DNA of 64,000 nucleotides from the human T2T-CHM13v2.0 reference genome, Homo sapiens. The stretch lies in NCBI RefSeq assembly GCF_009914755.1, contig NC_060929.1; one strand, given 5' to 3'. Within the stretch, counting starts at the first letter, position 1, and each line of letters opens with the position of its first letter. Of the stretch, positions 27,063 through 42,262 are shown one piece after another. A program made the translations under genes and the position numbers. The notes under the pieces are model-generated. The model did not search any database, was not told the DNA's origin, and saw only the letters and a program-made list of their open reading frames with translations.

Positions 27063-28360
27063 TCTTATCCTAAATATATTATATATGCACCCAACATTGG
27101 AGCACCCAGGTTCATAAAACAGCTACTTCTAGATCTACAAAAAGACTTAGACAGTCACACAATAATAGCAGGGGGACTTCAAAACCACACTGAAGAATTA
27201 GACAGAACATCAAGGCAGAAAACTAACAAAGTAACTCTGGACTTAAATTCGACACTTAACCAACTGGATATAATAGACATCTACAGAACACTCCACCCAT
27301 AAATTGTAGAATATACATTCTTCTCATCTGTACATGGAATATACTCCAAGATTGACCACGTGCTAGACCATAAAGCTAGTATCAATAAATTTAAAAATAT
27401 TGAAATCATACCAACCATACCCTGAGACCACAGTGGAATAAAAATAGAAATCAATACTGAGATCTCCCAAAACCACACAATTACATGGAAATTAAACAAC
27501 TTGCTCTTGAATGACTTTTGGGTAAAGAATGAAATTAAGGCAGAAATAAAAAAATGTTTTGAAATAAAGGAAAATACAAACAAAACATACCCAAATCTCT
27601 GGGATGCAGTAAAAGCAGTGTTAAGAGAATATTTATGGCAGTAAACACCTACCTCAAATGGTTAAAAAGATCTCAAATTAACAATCTTACATCGCACCTA
27701 AAGGAACTAGAAAAACAAAAACAAACTAACCCCAAAGCTAGCAGAAGAAAAGAAATAACTAACATCAGGGAAGAAATGAATAAAATTGAGACCCAGAAAT
27801 TCATACAAAAATCAATAAAACAAAAAAATTGTTTTTCAAAAGAATAAACAAGATCAATAGACCACTGGCCAGAGTAACAAAGAAAAAGAAAATTCAAATA
27901 AGAACAATCACAAACAACAACGGTGACATTACAACCAATTCCACAGAAATACAAAAGACCCTCAGAGGCCACTATGAACACCTTCATACACACAAACTAG
28001 AAAATATAGAAGAAATGGATGTCTTTTGCAACAACTTGGATGGAACTGGAGGCCATTATCCTAAGTAGTAACTCAGGAACAAAAAAGCAAATACCTCCTG
28101 TTCTCACTTATAAGTGGGAGCTAAGCCATGGATTACACAAAGGCATACAGAGTGGTAAAAATGGACATTGGAGACTCAGAAGTAAGGAGGGTGGGAAGGA
28201 GGTGAGGGACAAAAAAAGGTCACCTATTGAGTACAATGTATACTACTTAAGTAACAGGTGCAATAAAAGCCCAGACTTCATCACTATACAGTTCATTCAA
28301 ATAACAAAAACCACTTGTATCCCTAAAGCTATTAAAATAATAAATAAATAAATAAATAAA
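27063..28360 (+). mobile_element. L1 (L1PB-like) with the ORF2 endonuclease region fused directly to the 3'UTR
   Basis: TATATGCACCCAACATTGGAGCACCCAG (YAPNIGAP) at the start; jump at ~28020 to GTCTTTTGCAACAACTTGGATGGAACTGG; (TAAA)n tail. Confidence 0.9.
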
Positions 28361-28369
28361 TGCTTTCTT

Positions 28370-28797
28370 TCTTCAATAACAAATTAACCTTAACTTATGG
28401 TAACTTTTTTACTTATAATTTACTTACTTTTAATTTTTTTTAACTTTTAAGATTCCTTTGTAATAACACTTAAGTTAAACACACATTGTACACCTGCACA
28501 AAATAATTTTTTCTTTATATGCTTGTTCTATAAGCTTTTTTCTATTTTTAATTTTTATTCTTTTACTTCTTAAACTTTTTATTAAAAACTAAGACACACA
28601 CACATTACCTATATGACTGGCAGTGCGGTAGGTTTGTTTGTAATAGTGTCACCACAAACACATAAATAATGTATTGTATTACAATGTCAGGACATCACTA
28701 GGCAATAGGAATTTTTCAACTTCATTATAATCTTATGAGACAACCACTGCATATGTGGTCCTGTTGATCAAAATATTGTTAGGCAGCACATGACTGT
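28370..28797. mobile_element. Tigger3/MER7-like element, one end only
   Basis: AATTAACCTTAACTTA...AAAAACTAAGACACA...CATTATAATCTTATG...GCACATGACTG terminus. Confidence 0.85.
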
Positions 28798-29510
28798 GTT
28801 GTCTATCCTATGTTGAAATTTACATGATTATCTCAAATGTCTTTTGTGTAGTTGTTAGACCTATACAGAGTCTCCAGGCTTGCCACCAAGGCTATACTGT
28901 TCATGGACTCTTTGTGCAAGCACTATGGTGGTTGAGGACAGAGACTGGCTGGTCTCTAATGGCTGAGTTATCATGTCCACTTGTTCAATGCATTCTCTGT
29001 GGTTGATACCCTCTTTATTCACTGACTTCTATCTCCCCTTGTTTAGGGGTTTCCCCAAGAGCATAATTCTTCCCACACTTCTGGGTCATGTTTACACACA
29101 ATCAAGAAAATTTCCGTGGTGTTGAAGAAGGCCTACAGGCAGTAAAGTGAGAAATGCAGGTCCTTGTGGAAGGAAGCTGTCAGCATGCCAGGAACTGTCT
29201 GCAGCTATAGGTATGCTCACGTTAAGTGAAGGCAATATGCGGTGAGATAGTAGAAGCATCAGCTATAAATAAGAAATGTCATAAGCCTATGCTATAATAG
29301 AGAAAATAAAAGTTTGGACAAAGCTTCCCAAGCATAGGCAAGGTTAAAAGAAATTAAATAGAATCTATGAATAGAAACAAGAAGAAGAAGATAAAGGAAT
29401 GTAGCATGCAAAAGACAAACGAAAGACTAAAATTGGAATAGGGCTCAAGAAACAGGAGAATATTATTTTACAATGTCTCTATAGAATAACTTTATTAAGA
29501 ATATTAATTT

Positions 29511-29969
<459 letters not shown>

Positions 29970-31424
29970 TTAAATCAATGATGTGGAGGAATATCTTAAG
30001 ATAAAAAGAGTGAATACATAATAAAAATAAAAGAAATGAAATGAATGAAGGTAAAATAATAGAGAACAAAGACAGTTCAACTTAAATGTAGGTGGTGTCC
30101 TTGAAGTAAAAAATAAAATGGATTTAGAGGGGGAAAATGTATTTAGAGATATAAAATTACCCTGAAATGAATAAAGAACAGAATCTAAAAACTTGAAAGA
30201 GCACACTAAGTATCAAGTAAAAATGATATAATGTACTAAATACCACGACGTAGTCTGATTAAACTGTTAAACTTTAGAAATAAAGGAATCTGTATGTGTA
30301 CTATATTTCATAATAAAATATATAAATTTAAAAATAAAGGAAGAAATCCAGGCAGAAATTTAAAAGTCATAAATAGGGTAAAAATGCAGGATGACTTATC
30401 CACAGAAAATTTAATTCCAGAAGACATTGGAATAACATATACCAGATTCTGAGAAAAAGAAAAGATCTACCCATACCTGTGGTATATACCATACCTGTGG
30501 TATAAAAACCACAGGTAAACATTTTTAAACAAAAATCATACTTTCTTAAAACACATTTTGAAAAAACTATTTAACAATGAAATCCAGTCACACAAGCAAG
30601 GAATCAAAACAAAAGAGTGTAGGAATCTAAAATGATAAAATCAATGTAAAAGACTGAATCTATTGAAAGTAGCTCTAAGCAGCCAGAGAAATAATTTCAT
30701 CTCAAGCAAAACATAAGTATAGACTGAACAATCAAACAAAAAAACCAGTAAGGGTATAATGGGGCTGAAAAACACTATAAATCAATCTGACATAACTAAT
30801 ATTTATAGAACACTATATCCAACAACTACAGAATACACACTCTTTTCAGTGCATATGGAATGTTTATGAAGACCACACACTAGGGTATAAAATAAATCTC
30901 AAGAAAATGAAATGTATTGAAATTATAGAGTAATATAATTTTGTTGCATATGTGACCACAAGGCAATAATTAGAAACCAACAACAGGAAAATATCTAAAA
31001 ATATCCAAATGTTTGGAACTAACAATATACTTCTAAATAACCCATAGGTAAAAGAATATGTCACAATAGAAATTAGAAAATATTTTGAACTCAATGAAAA
31101 TGAAAGAACAACAAAGCAAATTTTGTGAGATGAAGCTAAAACAGCGTATAGGAAGAAATTTATGGAATTTTAATTGTTTAAACAATCATAAAAGAAGCTC
31201 TAAAGTCAATGAACAAAGCTTTGACTTGAAGCTAAGAAAAAGAAGAGCAAATTAAACCCAAAGTAGAAGACAGAAAATATTAAAGTTAGGAGCTAAAGTC
31301 AGTAAAGTTGAAAACAGAAAAACTGTACATAAAAATCAATTAAAAACAAAACCTGTTTATTTGAAAAAGTAAAATTGATAACCCTCTAGCTAGAGATATT
31401 ACATCCATTAAAAAGATAATAAAG

Positions 31425-31710
31425 GGCCAGAAGCGGTGCCTCATGCCTATAATCCCAGCAGTTTGGGAAGCCAAGATGGGAGGATCACTTGAGCCCAGGA
31501 GTTTGAGACCAACGTGAGCAACCTAGTGAGACGCCATCTCTACAAAAAATTTAAAAATTACCCAGTTGTGGAGGTGCATGCCTGTAGTCCCAGCTATTTG
31601 GCAGGCTGAGGTGGGAGAATCACTTGAGCCTGGGAGGTTAAGGCTGCCGTGAGCCTCACATCACTACACTGCAACCTGAGTGACAGAGCAAGACACTGTC
31701 TTAAAAAAAA
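31425..31710 (+). mobile_element. AluJ
   Basis: GGAGGATCACTTGAGCCCAGGAGTTTGAG (J-type); diverged. Confidence 0.93.
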
Positions 31711-33223
31711 GTGACAATAAAGGCATATTACAAACAATTTGATCCCATAAATTTGACAAAAGAGATGAGATTTTTAAAAATTCTTTGAAAAAAACAAACT
31801 ACTAAAACCTAGTCAAGAAAAAGTAAAAATCAAATAATCCTCTATTAAAAATTAAATTTATAATTTAAAAGCTTCCTACAAAGAAAATTTCAGGCCCAGC
31901 TGGTTTCATAGACAAATTCTATCAAACACTTAAGGAAAAAATAATATCAATTCTACACAAAGTCTTTCAAATAAATTAAAGAAGTGGAAATATTTCTTAC
32001 TCAACTCATTCCATAATGCTAGGATTTCTTGGATACCAAAATTAGACAGACATTATAAGGGGGAAAAAGCCTACATATCAATGTTTCACACTAATATATA
32101 CTCAAAAACCCTGAATAAAAGTTTAGCAAAATAATACAACAATATATAATAAGGAGAATATATGATAACCAAATGATTTTCATCTCAGGAATGCAAGGTT
32201 TGCTTAACATTATTATAATATTGTCAATCAATGTGATATTGCTTAGAACAAAGGAAAAACTATTGATTCTAATAAATGCAGGGAAAGCATTTAATAAAAA
32301 TCCAACATCCATTTATTATAAAAATTTTCAGGAATCTAGGAAACAATGGAAGTGTTTTCATCTAATAAAGAACATTGAAAAACCTACAGCTGACATCATC
32401 CCTAAAAGCAGACTTTCGTCCTTACATCAGGAAGAAGGCAAGGATACCCTTTCTAACCATGTTCATTCAGTATTATACTAGACTTCTTAGCCAGTGTGAT
32501 CAAGCAAGAAAAAGGAATAGAAGACATAACTACTGAAAAGAAAGAAACAAAGCAGTCCTTGTTCTGCAATGATATGATTATATATGTAGAAAGTCCTAAG
32601 AAATCTACAAAAAGAATACTAAAATGAATAATGGACAGTATAATAAAGGTCAATATATAAAAATTAATTTATATTTCTGTATACTAACAATGAAATATTA
32701 AAAATTGAAAGTTTAAAAACACCACTTAAATGTCACAAGCAATCTACAGGATCAATTTTGCAAAAAATATATAAGACTTGCATTCTGAAAACTACAAAAC
32801 AATAGTGAAAAATATTTTAAAGACCCAAATAAAAGAGATATACTATGTTTATAAATTGGAAGACTCAACATTGTTAAGATGTCATTTCTTTCCAAATTGA
32901 TTTATAGATTCAATGCAGTCCTAATCAAAACCCAAGCAGGTATTTTTATAGAAATTGACAAGCCGATTCAAATATTTATATGAAAATTGCAAAGGACCTA
33001 GAATAGTTAAAACAACTTTACAAAAGAAAAACTAAATGAGATGATTTATATCATTTGATTTCAAGACTTGCTGTAAAACGATAACAATCAAGATGTACTA
33101 CTGACATATGGATAAAAAGATACATCAGTGGAACAGAATAGACAGTCCAGAAATAGGCCCATACTTTTGGGGGTAACACCTATCTTTTTTTAAATAGACA
33201 CTGCTAAGAAAACGAAAGGAGAA

Positions 33224-33520
33224 GTCCAGGAGCGGTGGCTCATGCCTGTAATCCCAGCACTATGGGAGGCCGAGGAGGGTGGATCTCAAGGTCAGGAGTT
33301 TGAGACCCATCTGGCCAACATAGTGAAACCCTGTCTCAACCAAAAATACAAAAATTAGCTGGGCATGGTGGCACACTCGTCCCAGCTACTCGGGAGGTTG
33401 AGGCAGAATAGCTTGAACCCAGGAGGCAGAGGTTGCGGTGAGCCAAGGTCATGCCACTTCACTCCAGCCTGGGCAGCAGAGCGAGACTCTGTCTCAAAAA
33501 AAAAAAAAAAAAAGAAAGAG
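33224..33520 (+). mobile_element. AluS
   Basis: TSD-like AAC(G/A)AAAGGAGAAG. Confidence 0.95.
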
Positions 33521-33804
33521 AACAAAAGGAGAAGCCATAGACTGGGAGAAACTTTAATGTATCTGTTATATATTATATAACTTGTAACCAGAATATATAA
33601 AGAGTTTACAACTCAGTAAGAAGTTTACAACAAAATTTAAAAATGGGCAAAATATTTGAACAGATACTTTGCAAAACTGGATACACAAATGGCCAATACA
33701 CATATGGAAAGATGCTCAATACTAGCAATCTTCAGAAAAATTAAATTAAAACCACAATGTGATATCAATTCATATCCATTAGTATAATGCTATTAAAACG
33801 ACTG

Positions 33805-33985
33805 CCAAAATCAGCTGGGCGTGGTGGCACATGCCTGTAATCCCACTACTCAGGAGACTGAGGCAGGAGAATCTCTTGAACCTGGAAGGCAGAGGTTGTG
33901 GTGAGCCGAGATCACGCCATTGTACTTCAGCCTGGGTGACAGAGCGAGACTCCATCTCAAAAAAAAAAAAAAAAAAAAAAAAAAA
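33805..33985 (+). mobile_element. 5'-truncated Alu (right arm only)
   Basis: Starts at the linker AAAATCAGCTGGGCGTGG; long A tail; TSD-like AAAA(C)GACTG(C/T)CAA. Confidence 0.93.
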
Positions 33986-34555
33986 GACTGTCAATGCCAA
34001 GAAGCAACTGAAACTCTTATGCATTGCTGGCAAAGATATAAAAAATACCACTGCTTTGGAAAATAATTTGTCTGTTTCTTCTAAGGTTAGATATAGCCTT
34101 ACCATGTGACTCAGAAATTCTAAGTATTTTTTCAATAGGAAAAACAGTTGAATGAAAGGACTTGAACATAATAGAAGCTTATTCATAACAGGCAAAAGCT
34201 AGAACAACACAAGTGTTTATCAACAGGTGAATGGGTAAATAAGTCATGCTATATTCATACAATGGAATTCTACTCAGCAAATTCAAATTTTAACACTGAT
34301 ACACACAACAACATAGATGAATCTAAAAAACATATCTTGACTGTGGAGGTGGTTACACAGGTGTAAAAAGTGGATGTATTTTATTGTATGTAAATTATAC
34401 CTTTATAAATTTGCTTTTAAAAATAAGCAAATATCAGACTTTTTAATGGAAAGATCAGGCTGACAATGTCTGAACCTACTGATTTATCTTAACATCACAA
34501 AAAGATAAATATTCCGGTAATCAAATATGTTTTTCTCCTGATGTTGCAACCGGCC

Positions 34556-34867
<312 letters not shown>

Positions 34868-35111
34868 TAGGATATTTTAAATGTCATTTACATAATGTTC
34901 TTGCCAGAAAATCAACCCTGAATCTGATAAAGTCTCTAGTTCCAAATACGAGTTTAAAGAAAAGAGACAGAAAAACGTGTTAAACTACTATGAGGTGTAC
35001 AATCAGCAGAAACCAGAACATAGGAAACTCTAGACGATAAATGAATGACATGTTTTTTTCAACAACTAGATTACAAAGGAAATTAAAACAGTGAGGAAGT
35101 CTATAAAAAAA

Positions 35112-35630
35112 ATTGCCTTACCGTGAATCCACTAGTAAAGAGAGCCTGAGGCAAAGCTTATCTCAGGAAATGAGGAGAAAGGGAAATAGAAGAGGAAATA
35201 GGTTAATAAAAGAGTGTACATTTCTGACCTGCCCCACTTGGTGCCAAGTGTGCAGTCTTGAGGGACCGTCTTCTGAGACACAATTTGAGCTACTGCATTT
35301 CAGGACAGCCTACATAGGAAGAGGACGATGGAGGAATTTATGCACTAGCTCCCATCACCCATTGATCAAAGATTTACCTTTGAGTGTTAACAACCCAAAA
35401 CTTCCCTGTGCACATTCATGGGTCCCAAAATAACTCACGTCTCGTGGAAAAGGAATTCCCAAGAAGGAATGCAGGAGCCCCATGCCATGGGCATGATGCC
35501 TCACCACTGTTGGGTTTTGTTTATGTGAAGGCTGTCACTAAGGCAACTGGAATAAAACAAGTGGCCAAGGGCCTGGGGAAAGGTGAGCTGAGAGGATCTG
35601 AAGTGGTGCACCTAAGAGGGGCTTGATACA
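35112..35630 (-). mobile_element. Old ERVL-class LTR (LTR16/LTR33-like), degenerate
   Basis: AGAGCCTGAGGCAAAGCTT...TTTATGCACTAGCTCCCATCACCCATTGATCAAAG. Confidence 0.45.
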
Positions 35631-37190
35631 TAGACTTAGGAGACATATTAACCAAACACAAAGTGAGGACCTTGGTTGGATGTTTATTCAAACAGGTTGT
35701 AGAAAAACGTCTATGATATAATTGGAAGAAATTGAAAAATTGAAAAATGACTGGATACTTTGTATTAAATAATTAATATTTGGGTTATAGTAACAGTACT
35801 ATGTTTATTTTAAATACTTATCATTTACAGATACATGCTGAAGAATTTGTGGATGAAGTATTATGATGTCCAGGATTTGCTTCTAAATAATCCATTGGGC
35901 AGAGAGGGAGGTAAAGATAACCCAAAGTTGGCCATGTGTTGATAATGATTAAAGCTATATGCTTATCATATGAAATTTGTTATACCCTTTTGTCTACTTC
36001 CGTCTGTTTAAAATTATCCACAGTATAATATTTTTTAAAAATAGGGCACTAAGAGCTTTTACATTAAAGGCTCTGGCACGTGGGTGAGATGCCCTTACTT
36101 AGGGGAAATAGCAATATGCTAACTTTAAATCTCTTTTCTTGGACTGGTCAGAGTTCCCAGAGAAGATCCTCTCAAATCCCTGCCTGCAGGGTGTATTTGT
36201 GGATGCCAGAACTCTGGGAACAAAGGAGAGGCAGACTCAGGGTGGTCTCACCATTCAAAATGCCCAATTTCACTTATCTCCCTGTTTTTAGCATGGCACC
36301 TCTACCCTCAACCATGTTTGATATCCATCAGCCTCCTCTGCTCTCCCTCTCCAGAGAATAAACCTCCTATCTTCTCCTGGAAGCAGAATGAGCATTTGCC
36401 CAGCTATGCAGATAAGGAAGAATGGATCTCTCAATCTCTAGATCTTCAACCAATCTGTTTTCCCACTTCTAGAGGTGGGAGTGAGCAACGTATTCCCTAT
36501 TCCAGAGACTTTTGAGGATCCAGCGTCAAAAATCATGCTGCTTCTTAGCATTCCCTAAAGTCAATTTAAAGTTAATGTTCTGGGGACTTTATCCATCTAT
36601 TTCCTAAGTTCTAAAATGTTGGTGTTGTGTTCGTCTATGCCTTTTTAAAAGAAAAATCAATTTACTGGCATTTTAGTAGAATTTAAAGAAGAAGCAAAAC
36701 TAAATCAACAGCTTTATAAGGATATAATTCACACACCATCCAACTCATTCAATTAAAGTGTAAGCTCAATGGTTTTTAGTATATTCACAGAGTTGTACAA
36801 CTATCACCACCACCAATTTTAGAAAATTTTCATCACCCGGGGAAGAAACCTCATACTCATTAGCAGTCACTTCCAATTTCCCTCCAAACTCCAAGCCCTA
36901 GGCAACCACCAATCTATTTTATGTCTCTATAAATATTTGCCTATTCTGGGCACTTCATATAAATACAATAATATAATATGTGGCCCTTTGTGACCAGCTT
37001 CTTTCACTCAGCATATTTGCAAGATTTATTCAGAATGTAGCCTGTATCAATACTACATTTAATTGCCAAATAATATTCCATTTTATAAACATATCACATT
37101 TTATATATCCATTCATCAGCTGATGAACATTTGAGCTGTTTCTACTTTTTGGATCTTATGAATAATGCCATATGGACATTCTTTTTTAAC

Positions 37191-39626
37191 TTTTATTTTA
37201 GGTTCAGAAGTATATGTCCAGGTTTGTTAATAAGTAAATTATGTGTCACGGGAGTTTTGTGTACATATTATTTCATCACCCAGGTAATAAGCATAGTACC
37301 AGTAGACAGTTTTTCAGTCTTCTCTCTCCTCCCACCCTCCACCCTCAAGTAGACCCCAGTGTCGTTGTTCCCTTCTTTGTGTCCATGGGTACTCAATGTT
37401 TTGCTCCCACTAATAAGTGAGAACATATGGTATTTAGTTTTCTGTTTCTGTGTTAGTTTGTGTAGGAGTATGGTCTCCAGTTCCATCTATGTTACTGCAA
37501 GGAACATGACCTCATTCTTTTTTATGGCTGCATAGTATTCCATCGTGTATATGTATCACATTTTCTTTATCCAGTCTACTGTTGATGGGCATTTAGATTG
37601 ATTCCATGACTTTGCTATTGGGAATATTGCTCCAATTGCACATATGTGTGGGTGTCTTTATGGTAGAACAATTTATATTCCTTTGGGTATATACCCAATA
37701 ATGGGATTTCTGGGTAAAATGGTAGTTTTTTTCTAAGTTCTTTGAGAAATTGCCAAACTGCTTTCCACAGTGGCTGAACTAATTTACATTCCAATGAGCA
37801 TATGTATAAGCGTTCCCTTTTTCTCCATAGTTTTGCCAGCTTCTGTTTTTTTTTTTTTTTGACTTTTTAATAATAGGCATTCTAACTAGTGTGAGGTGTT
37901 ATCTCATTTTGGTTTTGATTTCCATTTCTCTAATGATTAGTGAATGTTGAGCATTTTTTCATATGCTTGTTGACTGCCTGTGTGTCTTTTTTTGAGAAGT
38001 GTCTATTCATGTTCTTTGCCCACTTTTTAGTGGAGTTGTTTGGTTTTTGCTTCTTAATTTAAGTCTCTTATATATTCTGGATATTAGACCTTTGTTGGAT
38101 GCATAGTTTGCAAATACTTTTTCCCATTCTGTTGTCTGTTTACTCTGATGATAGTTTCTTTTGCCATGCAGAAGCTCTTTAGTTTAATTAGGTCCCATTT
38201 GTCAATTTTTATTTTTGTTTCAATTGCTTTTGGCATCTTCATCATGAAATCTTTGCCAGGGCCTATGTCCAGAATGGTATATCCTAGGTTATCTTCCAAG
38301 GTTTTTATAGCTTTGCATTTTACATTTAAGTCTTTACTCCATTTTGAGTTTATTTTTGTATATGGTATAAGAAGTCCAGCTTCAATCTTATTCATATGGC
38401 TACCACCATTTATGGAATAGGGAGTCCTTTCCTCAATGCTTGTTTTTGTCAGCATTGCTAAAGATCAGATAATTGAAGGTGTGCAGCTTTATTTCTGGGC
38501 TCTAGCAAGTCAAATCCAGCAGCACATCAAAAAGCTAATCCACCATCATCAAGTAGGCCTCATCCCTGAGATGCAAACCTCATCCCTGGGATGCAAATTT
38601 AGTTCAACATAAACAAATCAATAAACATGATTCACCACATAAACAGAACTAAAAACAAAACCACATAACCACCTCAATAGCTGCAGAAAATGCTTTTGAT
38701 AAAATTCAACCTTCCTTTATGTTAAAAATTCTCAACAAACTAGGCACTGGAGGAACATACCTCAAAATAATAAGAGCCATCTCTGACAAACACACAGCCA
38801 ACATCATACTGAATTGTCAAAAGCTGGGAGCATTCCCCTTGAGAACTGGAATAAGACAAGGATGCCCTCTCTCACCACTCCTATTCAACATAGTACTAAA
38901 AGTCCTAGCCAGAGCAATCAGGCAAGAGAAAGAAATACAAGGCATCCAAATAGGAAGAAAGGAGGTCAAACGATCTCTGTTTGCAGACTATATTCTATAT
39001 CTAGAAACCCCATAGTCTCCACCCAACAGCTCCTAGATCTGATAAACAACTTCAGTGAAGTTTCAGGATACAAAATCAATGTACAAAAATTATGACATTT
39101 CTATACACCAATAATGTCCAAGTTAAGAGCCAAATCAAGAATGCAATCCCATTCACAACAGGATTCACACAAGAATAAAATACATAGGAATACAGCTAAC
39201 CAGGGAGGTGAAAGATCTCTATAACAAGAATTACAAAGCACTGCTCAAAGAAATCAGAGATGACACAAACAAGTGGAAAAACATTCCATGCTCATGATAG
39301 GAAGAATCAATATTGCTAAAACAGCCATACTGCCTAAAGCAATCTACAGAATCAATGCTATTTCTATCAAACTACCAATGACATTTTCACAGAATTAGAA
39401 AAAACTATTTTAAAATTCATACAGAATCAGAAAAGAGCTCAAATAGGGAAGGCATTCCTAAGCAAAAAGAACAAATTTGGAGGCATCACATTACCCAACT
39501 TCAAACTATACTACAAGGTGACAGTAACCAAAACAGCATGGTACTGGTGCAAAAATAGACACATAGACTAGTGGACTAGTGGAATAACATAGAGAGCACA
39601 GAAATAAGGCCACATACCTACAACCA
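37191..39626 (-). mobile_element. L1PA13-16-like insertion with a twin-priming 5' inversion (- part 37191-38503, + part 38504-39626)
   Basis: Orientation flips at ~38503; ORF 38719-39015 gives the RT motif [17 protein letters not shown]; degenerate TSD TATGGACATTCTT/TATGAATGTTCTT. Confidence 0.9.
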
Positions 39627-39656
39627 TTATGAATGTTCTTAAATATATGTTTTCAT

Positions 39657-39982
<326 letters not shown>

Positions 39983-40780
39983 TAAGTATATACGAAGGGT
40001 GGAATTACTGATCTTATAAGAACTCTATGCTTATAACCTTTTAAAAAATGGCCACACTCTTTTCCAAAGCAACTGTACCATTTTACATTTCCACCAGCAG
40101 TGTATGAGAACTCAAATTTCTCTACATCCTCACTAACATGTATTATCTGTCTTAATTATAGCCATCCTAATGAATATGGAATGGTATCTCATTGTGGCTT
40201 TGATTTGCATTTCCTTGATGGCTAATGATGCTGAGCATCTTTTCATGTGCTTACTGGCCATCTGGATATCTTTTCTGAAGAAATGCCCATTCAGATACTT
40301 CACCCATTTTTTATTGGTGTTATTTGTCTTTTTATTATTGAGTTGTGTAATTTCTTTATGTTTCCCAAATATAAGTCCCTTACCAAACATGTGATCTGCA
40401 AATTTTTTCTTGCATTCTGCAGGTTGTGTTTTCACTTTCTTGATGGTGTCCTTTGAAGCACAAAAGTTTTAATTTTGATTATATCTAATTTATATTTTCT
40501 TTTGTTCTTTTTGCTTTTGATTTCGTTTCTAAGAAACCAGCCATTGCCCAATCAAAGGTTGCCAAGATTTATGCCTCTGTTTTCTTCTCAGAGTTTTGTA
40601 GTTTCAGCTTTTACCTTTAGTTATTTGATACATTTTAGTTACTTTTTGTGTATAGTGTGAGGTAAGGATTCAACTTTATTCTTTTGCATGTGGATATCCA
40701 GTTGTCCCAGCATCATTTGTTGAAAAGATCATTCTTTCCCCCATTGAATTGTCATGGCTTTCTCATAAAAAATCAGTTGA

Positions 40781-41244
40781 ATGGACATACCCATGTTCAT
40801 TGCAGCATTATTTGTAATAGCCAAGATGTAGAAGCAATCCAAATGTCCATCAACAGACAAATGGATAAAGAAAATTTGGTATTTTGGTATACACATACAA
40901 TGGAATGTCATTCCACCTTTAAAAAAAGGAAATCTTGTCATAAGCTACAACATAAATGAAGCTTGAGGACATTAAGCTAAGTGAAATAAGCCAGTTACAA
41001 AAAGACAAATACTGTGTCATTCCACTTATATGAGGTATCTGAAGTGGTCAAACTCATAGAAACAGGAAGTAAAATGAAGAGAAAGTTAAACTCATGGAAA
41101 CAGAAACAGAATGTGATGACCAGGGCTTGAAAAATAAGGACATGAGTAGTTGTTGTTCAGCGGGTATAGAGTTTTAGTTTTGCAAGATGAAACCGTCCTA
41201 GGTATCTGTTCACAACAACTGGAACATAGTTAACACTTCTACAC
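40781..41244 (+). mobile_element. L1MB-type 3' end
   Basis: CCCATGTTCATTGCAGCATTATT...GGTTAAGATGGTAAATTTTAT; TSD-like AAAAATCAGTTGA/AAAGATCAATTGA. Confidence 0.88.
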
Positions 41245-41603
41245 TTTACACTTAAATGGTTAAGATGGTAAATTTTATATTATGTGTTTTTTAGTACAAT
41301 AAAAAGATCAATTGACTGGAAATGTGAGGGTTTATTTCTGAATTCTCAATTCTATTCTGATGATCTATATGCCAGTACCACACAATCTGAATTACTGCAG
41401 CATTGTATTAAGTTTTAAAATCAAGAAGTAATTTATCTTTAATCTTTTTTCATAAAAATTGAAAAAATTGTTTTATCTATTCTGGATTCCTTGAATCTTT
41501 ATATGAATTTTAGGATCCATTTGTCAATTTCTGCCAAAAGTTCAGCTTGGGTTTCAATAGGGATGGCACTTAATCTGTAGATCAATTTGGGGAGCATTAC
41601 CAT

Positions 41604-42000
41604 GTGATGGTGAGTTTTATGTCAGTTTGGCTGAGCTATGGTTCCCACTTATTCAATCAAAAACTAATATAGGTGTTTTGTAAAGGTATTTTGACACTAA
41701 ATCAGGGAGATGGTGCTATATAATCTGGGTGGGTCTGATTCAGTCAGTCGAAAGGCCTCAGGCACAGAAGTAAAACATCCCTGAAGAGGAAGAAATTTTG
41801 CCTATGGATTGAAGTTTCAGCTCATGGCCGAGTTCTAGCCTGTGCTTTCTAAAATCTGTCTTATGGATTTTGGACTTGCTTGGCCAGCTGCCATGATTTC
41901 TTGCAATAAGCAAATCTCTTTCTCTCTCTCTCTTATTGTATGTATGTGTGTGTAATATTCCCTATTGGTTCTATTTCTCTGGTAGAACTGTGACGTATGC
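41604..42000 (+). mobile_element. MLT2 (ERVL) solo LTR
   Basis: Start TGTGATGGTGAGTTTTATGTCA; end CCTATTGGTTCTATTTCTCTGG. Confidence 0.88.
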
Positions 42001-42262
42001 ATATTAAATGCAAGATTTAACTAAATATTATTAAATTTTACAATCATGAACATAGGATATCTTTCCATTCATTTGGATCTTCTTTAATTTCCCTCAATAA
42101 TATGTTGTTTTCAGAGTATAAGTTTTGCATTTCTTTTAAAATTTTTGTCTAAGTATTTTATTCTTTTTATGCTATTATAAATGGGATAACTTTCTCAATT
42201 TAATTTTTGATTTGTTCAGTTACTCTATGGAAATGTAATAGATATTTGCATACTAATTTTCT

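Noticed and set aside
38719-39095. Reverse-transcriptase-like ORFs
   Set aside because: Frameshifted fragment of L1 ORF2, not an intact or domesticated gene
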